In this document: positions 62,144 through 64,000 of the stretch, one piece after another
Layout of the letters: each line of letters starts with the position of its first letter
Numbering within the stretch: the first letter of the stretch is position 1
From: Glycera tridactyla
Lineage: Eukaryota
Reading direction: 5' to 3'
Assembly (NCBI GenBank): GCA_965644265.1
Contig: OZ286463.1
Coordinates: 72,850,001 to 72,914,000, forward strand
DNA length: 64,000 nucleotides
Made by a program: the position numbers and the translations under genes
Notes under the pieces: generated by a model
The model's database searches: none
What the model was told of the DNA's origin: nothing
What the model saw: the letters and a program-made list of their open reading frames with translations, nothing else

Positions 62144-62499
62144 CTGCAACAGACAAATAACAAATTCTCATTCAACTTTCGAGCCTATCAATCATTTGTT
62201 CTTGTCGCCAGTTGCATTGCATGAGATGGCCAGAGCACTTTATTGGTGTATTCTCTGAAAGTCAAACAAGACCGCGGAGCAATCAGTAAAATCGCAAAAG
62301 ATCTCTTGAAATTGGGACCCAAACATACACAGGATCACAAAGGATATTGAGAAAAACAGTTGACAGATTAAAACTAAGGCCCACAAAATACATGTGTATA
62401 TGAAAGGACATATTTCTGATTGTTATGATTGAAAGTAAAGATTTCATCATGTACAGATCGAGTTCAATTCACACATAGCGAGGTTTGAAGGTGTGGAGC

Positions 62500-62541
62500 T
62501 AGCTTTCAGATTTTCCTTCTGGAATCTTTCCTCAGCTAATG
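62500..62541 (-). ncRNA. Second, probably degenerate, hammerhead-like motif
   Basis: CUGAGGA-A-AGAUU...AAUCU-GAAA-GC-UA; core and stem II intact, stem I unpaired. Confidence 0.35.
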
Positions 62542-62967
62542 GCTACCGTGCTGCGGTTTGGTCATGTGAGCCTGTAAGATTTTATTGATGTTAAGAGGAG
62601 AAAAATATGGTACAAACTTTTGCTTCACAAAATGCAAATGCGTGACTATCAGCAACTGACCCAGCTCAACTCTGGGCAGATGAACATGAGAAAATAGAAT
62701 CTGAATCTCATTCATGATTATTTTGTGTCTACATTTACGTTGGCAAACACACCCATAATCATTACAAAATATTGAGAATAATTCTCAATTGATTTATGAT
62801 AACCCCAAGGCTTCCAGTTAGTTCCAACATCTCCATAATCACCCTAATATACACTGACTGATTTATCATGTCAGTTGCCACATGAGATGAGCATTTGTCT
62901 TTAAAAACTGTTCAAATTCACTTGAAATAATGAAGAAAATTTCACGGTACTCACAGTATAGTTGAAA

Positions 62968-63023
62968 GTTGTTCAGAAGCTTTCAGAGGAAACCATCCGG
63001 TCCCTTTCCTCAGCTGATGGCAA
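62968..63023 (-). ncRNA. Candidate minimal type I hammerhead ribozyme (Penelope-associated type)
   Basis: UUGCCAUCAG-CUGAGGA-A-[stem II]-GAAA-GC-UU-CUGAACAA; stem I UCAG/CUGA; palindromic stem III. Confidence 0.5.
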
Positions 63024-63807
63024 ATGCGTTGTTCTAATAGTTCAAGCTATTCAAGCGTGAAGATTCATTTGAAATGTATATCATGAATTTTATGGTATAA
63101 CACTTGAAGTATAATGTACTAAGGAAGAATTTAAGATAAGTGAATCATTTCTATTATTCCTACAAGTGTTTGTTGAATCTGGGCTGCAGTCTGAAGAAGA
63201 GATGATCTCTATGGGAACCACATGGTGGCTGAGCTTACTTTCCCACCATAAATGCTGGAAAATAGAGCAAGATCAAACAAGATGAAAAATCATGAGATCC
63301 AAGTGGGATCCATCAGGATGTCTGAATTATCGAAAAAATCAACATTCAGGGAGACAGTTCAAGTAAACAGCGAATTAATCCATTGGGCAACCTGTGAAAA
63401 ATGCAAAAATGAAATCCATGCACAGGGTGAGAGCATGCAGAGGCTGGAATCACCTGATTGATTGGTTGGTTGGGGTCTGATGGAATCACTAAATCCATCA
63501 TATAACCATATTCTCCCTACTTAGCACCCCAGGTGCTTGCTAACTGGCAGAAGAGTTCAAGATGTCGAAAAATCGCCAATAGGTGATGATGGAGAATTTT
63601 AGCAAACAATGTCATTCACAGGTCCCAATTGCTCTCAAAACACCGAAAATACAGCTGGGTGTCATCAACTAGTACCCATCACATGAATATTGACTTTACT
63701 TGCATGTTTGATTATCATTCTTGAAGAAATCATGAAATTCTCATCATGAATATATTGAAAACCCCTTGGCAGGTACGACTGAGTGTTCTGCCATCTTTGG
63801 CCCTGCA

Positions 63808-63965
63808 GTTTGTTTGTTTGAGGTTTATTGGCATGTATCAACCCAGAGGATTATGTGTGCCATGTATTTCTTGTCAATGGAAGTTAGATGTTCTGTCCTT
63901 TGCAGGCATCACTCACACAAACCTTGAACACAAAATGATTGGTAACCTGAAAGTTCAAACTCACC
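63808..63965 (-). mobile_element. SINE-like element, copy D
   Basis: Reverse complement of copy B (gtttgtttgtttgaggtttattggcatgtatcaaccca...). Confidence 0.65.
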
Positions 63966-64000
63966 TTTACCTACTCAGCATAAACATATCAAATCCACCC

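Noticed and set aside
63239-63254. Candidate minus-strand micro-exon (ccag/CATTTATGGTGGGAAA/gtaagc) reading IYGGK, where homologues have LFFGG before CPFD
   Set aside because: It ends in phase 0 in the homologous frame while the next exon needs phase 2. It would fit only with a one-base assembly error, so it is unresolved and not called.

Overview
Eukaryotic (bilaterian invertebrate-like) genomic DNA: AT-rich, CpG-depleted, with five assembly gaps (2181-2366, 7963-8120, 12897-13027, 17724-17870, 51755-51924). It holds two convergent, 5'-incomplete, multi-exon genes, assembled by hand from GT-AG sites with consistent reading phase. (1) Plus strand, 2490-15458: an ARHGAP20/TAGAP-family RhoGAP with 10 visible exons (about 1160 aa): end of PH linker, RA domain, RhoGAP domain with intact arginine finger, and a 790-aa disordered polyQ tail. 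(2) Minus strand, 62143-29872: a SOL-1-like glutamate-receptor auxiliary subunit with 11 visible exons (about 617 aa): one partial and three complete CUB domains, LDLa, TM and a PDZ-type tail, with a 23.1-kb intron inside the last CUB. Non-coding DNA contains many TA-flanked CAGT...ACTG MITEs (several exactly 177 bp), other MITEs, SINE- and HINE-like remnants and minisatellites. The best leads are two hammerhead-ribozyme-like motifs with covarying stem II (62.5 and 63.0 kb), a CpG-rich in-frame upstream extension of a RhoGAP exon suggesting a TAGAP-like short isoform, an X-box-like minisatellite, a near-perfect 79-nt hairpin and a miR-124-like sequence. Family assignments come from recall of known sequences, not database searches. 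No CRISPR array, rRNA, intact tRNA or intact transposase was found, and no novel system is proven.
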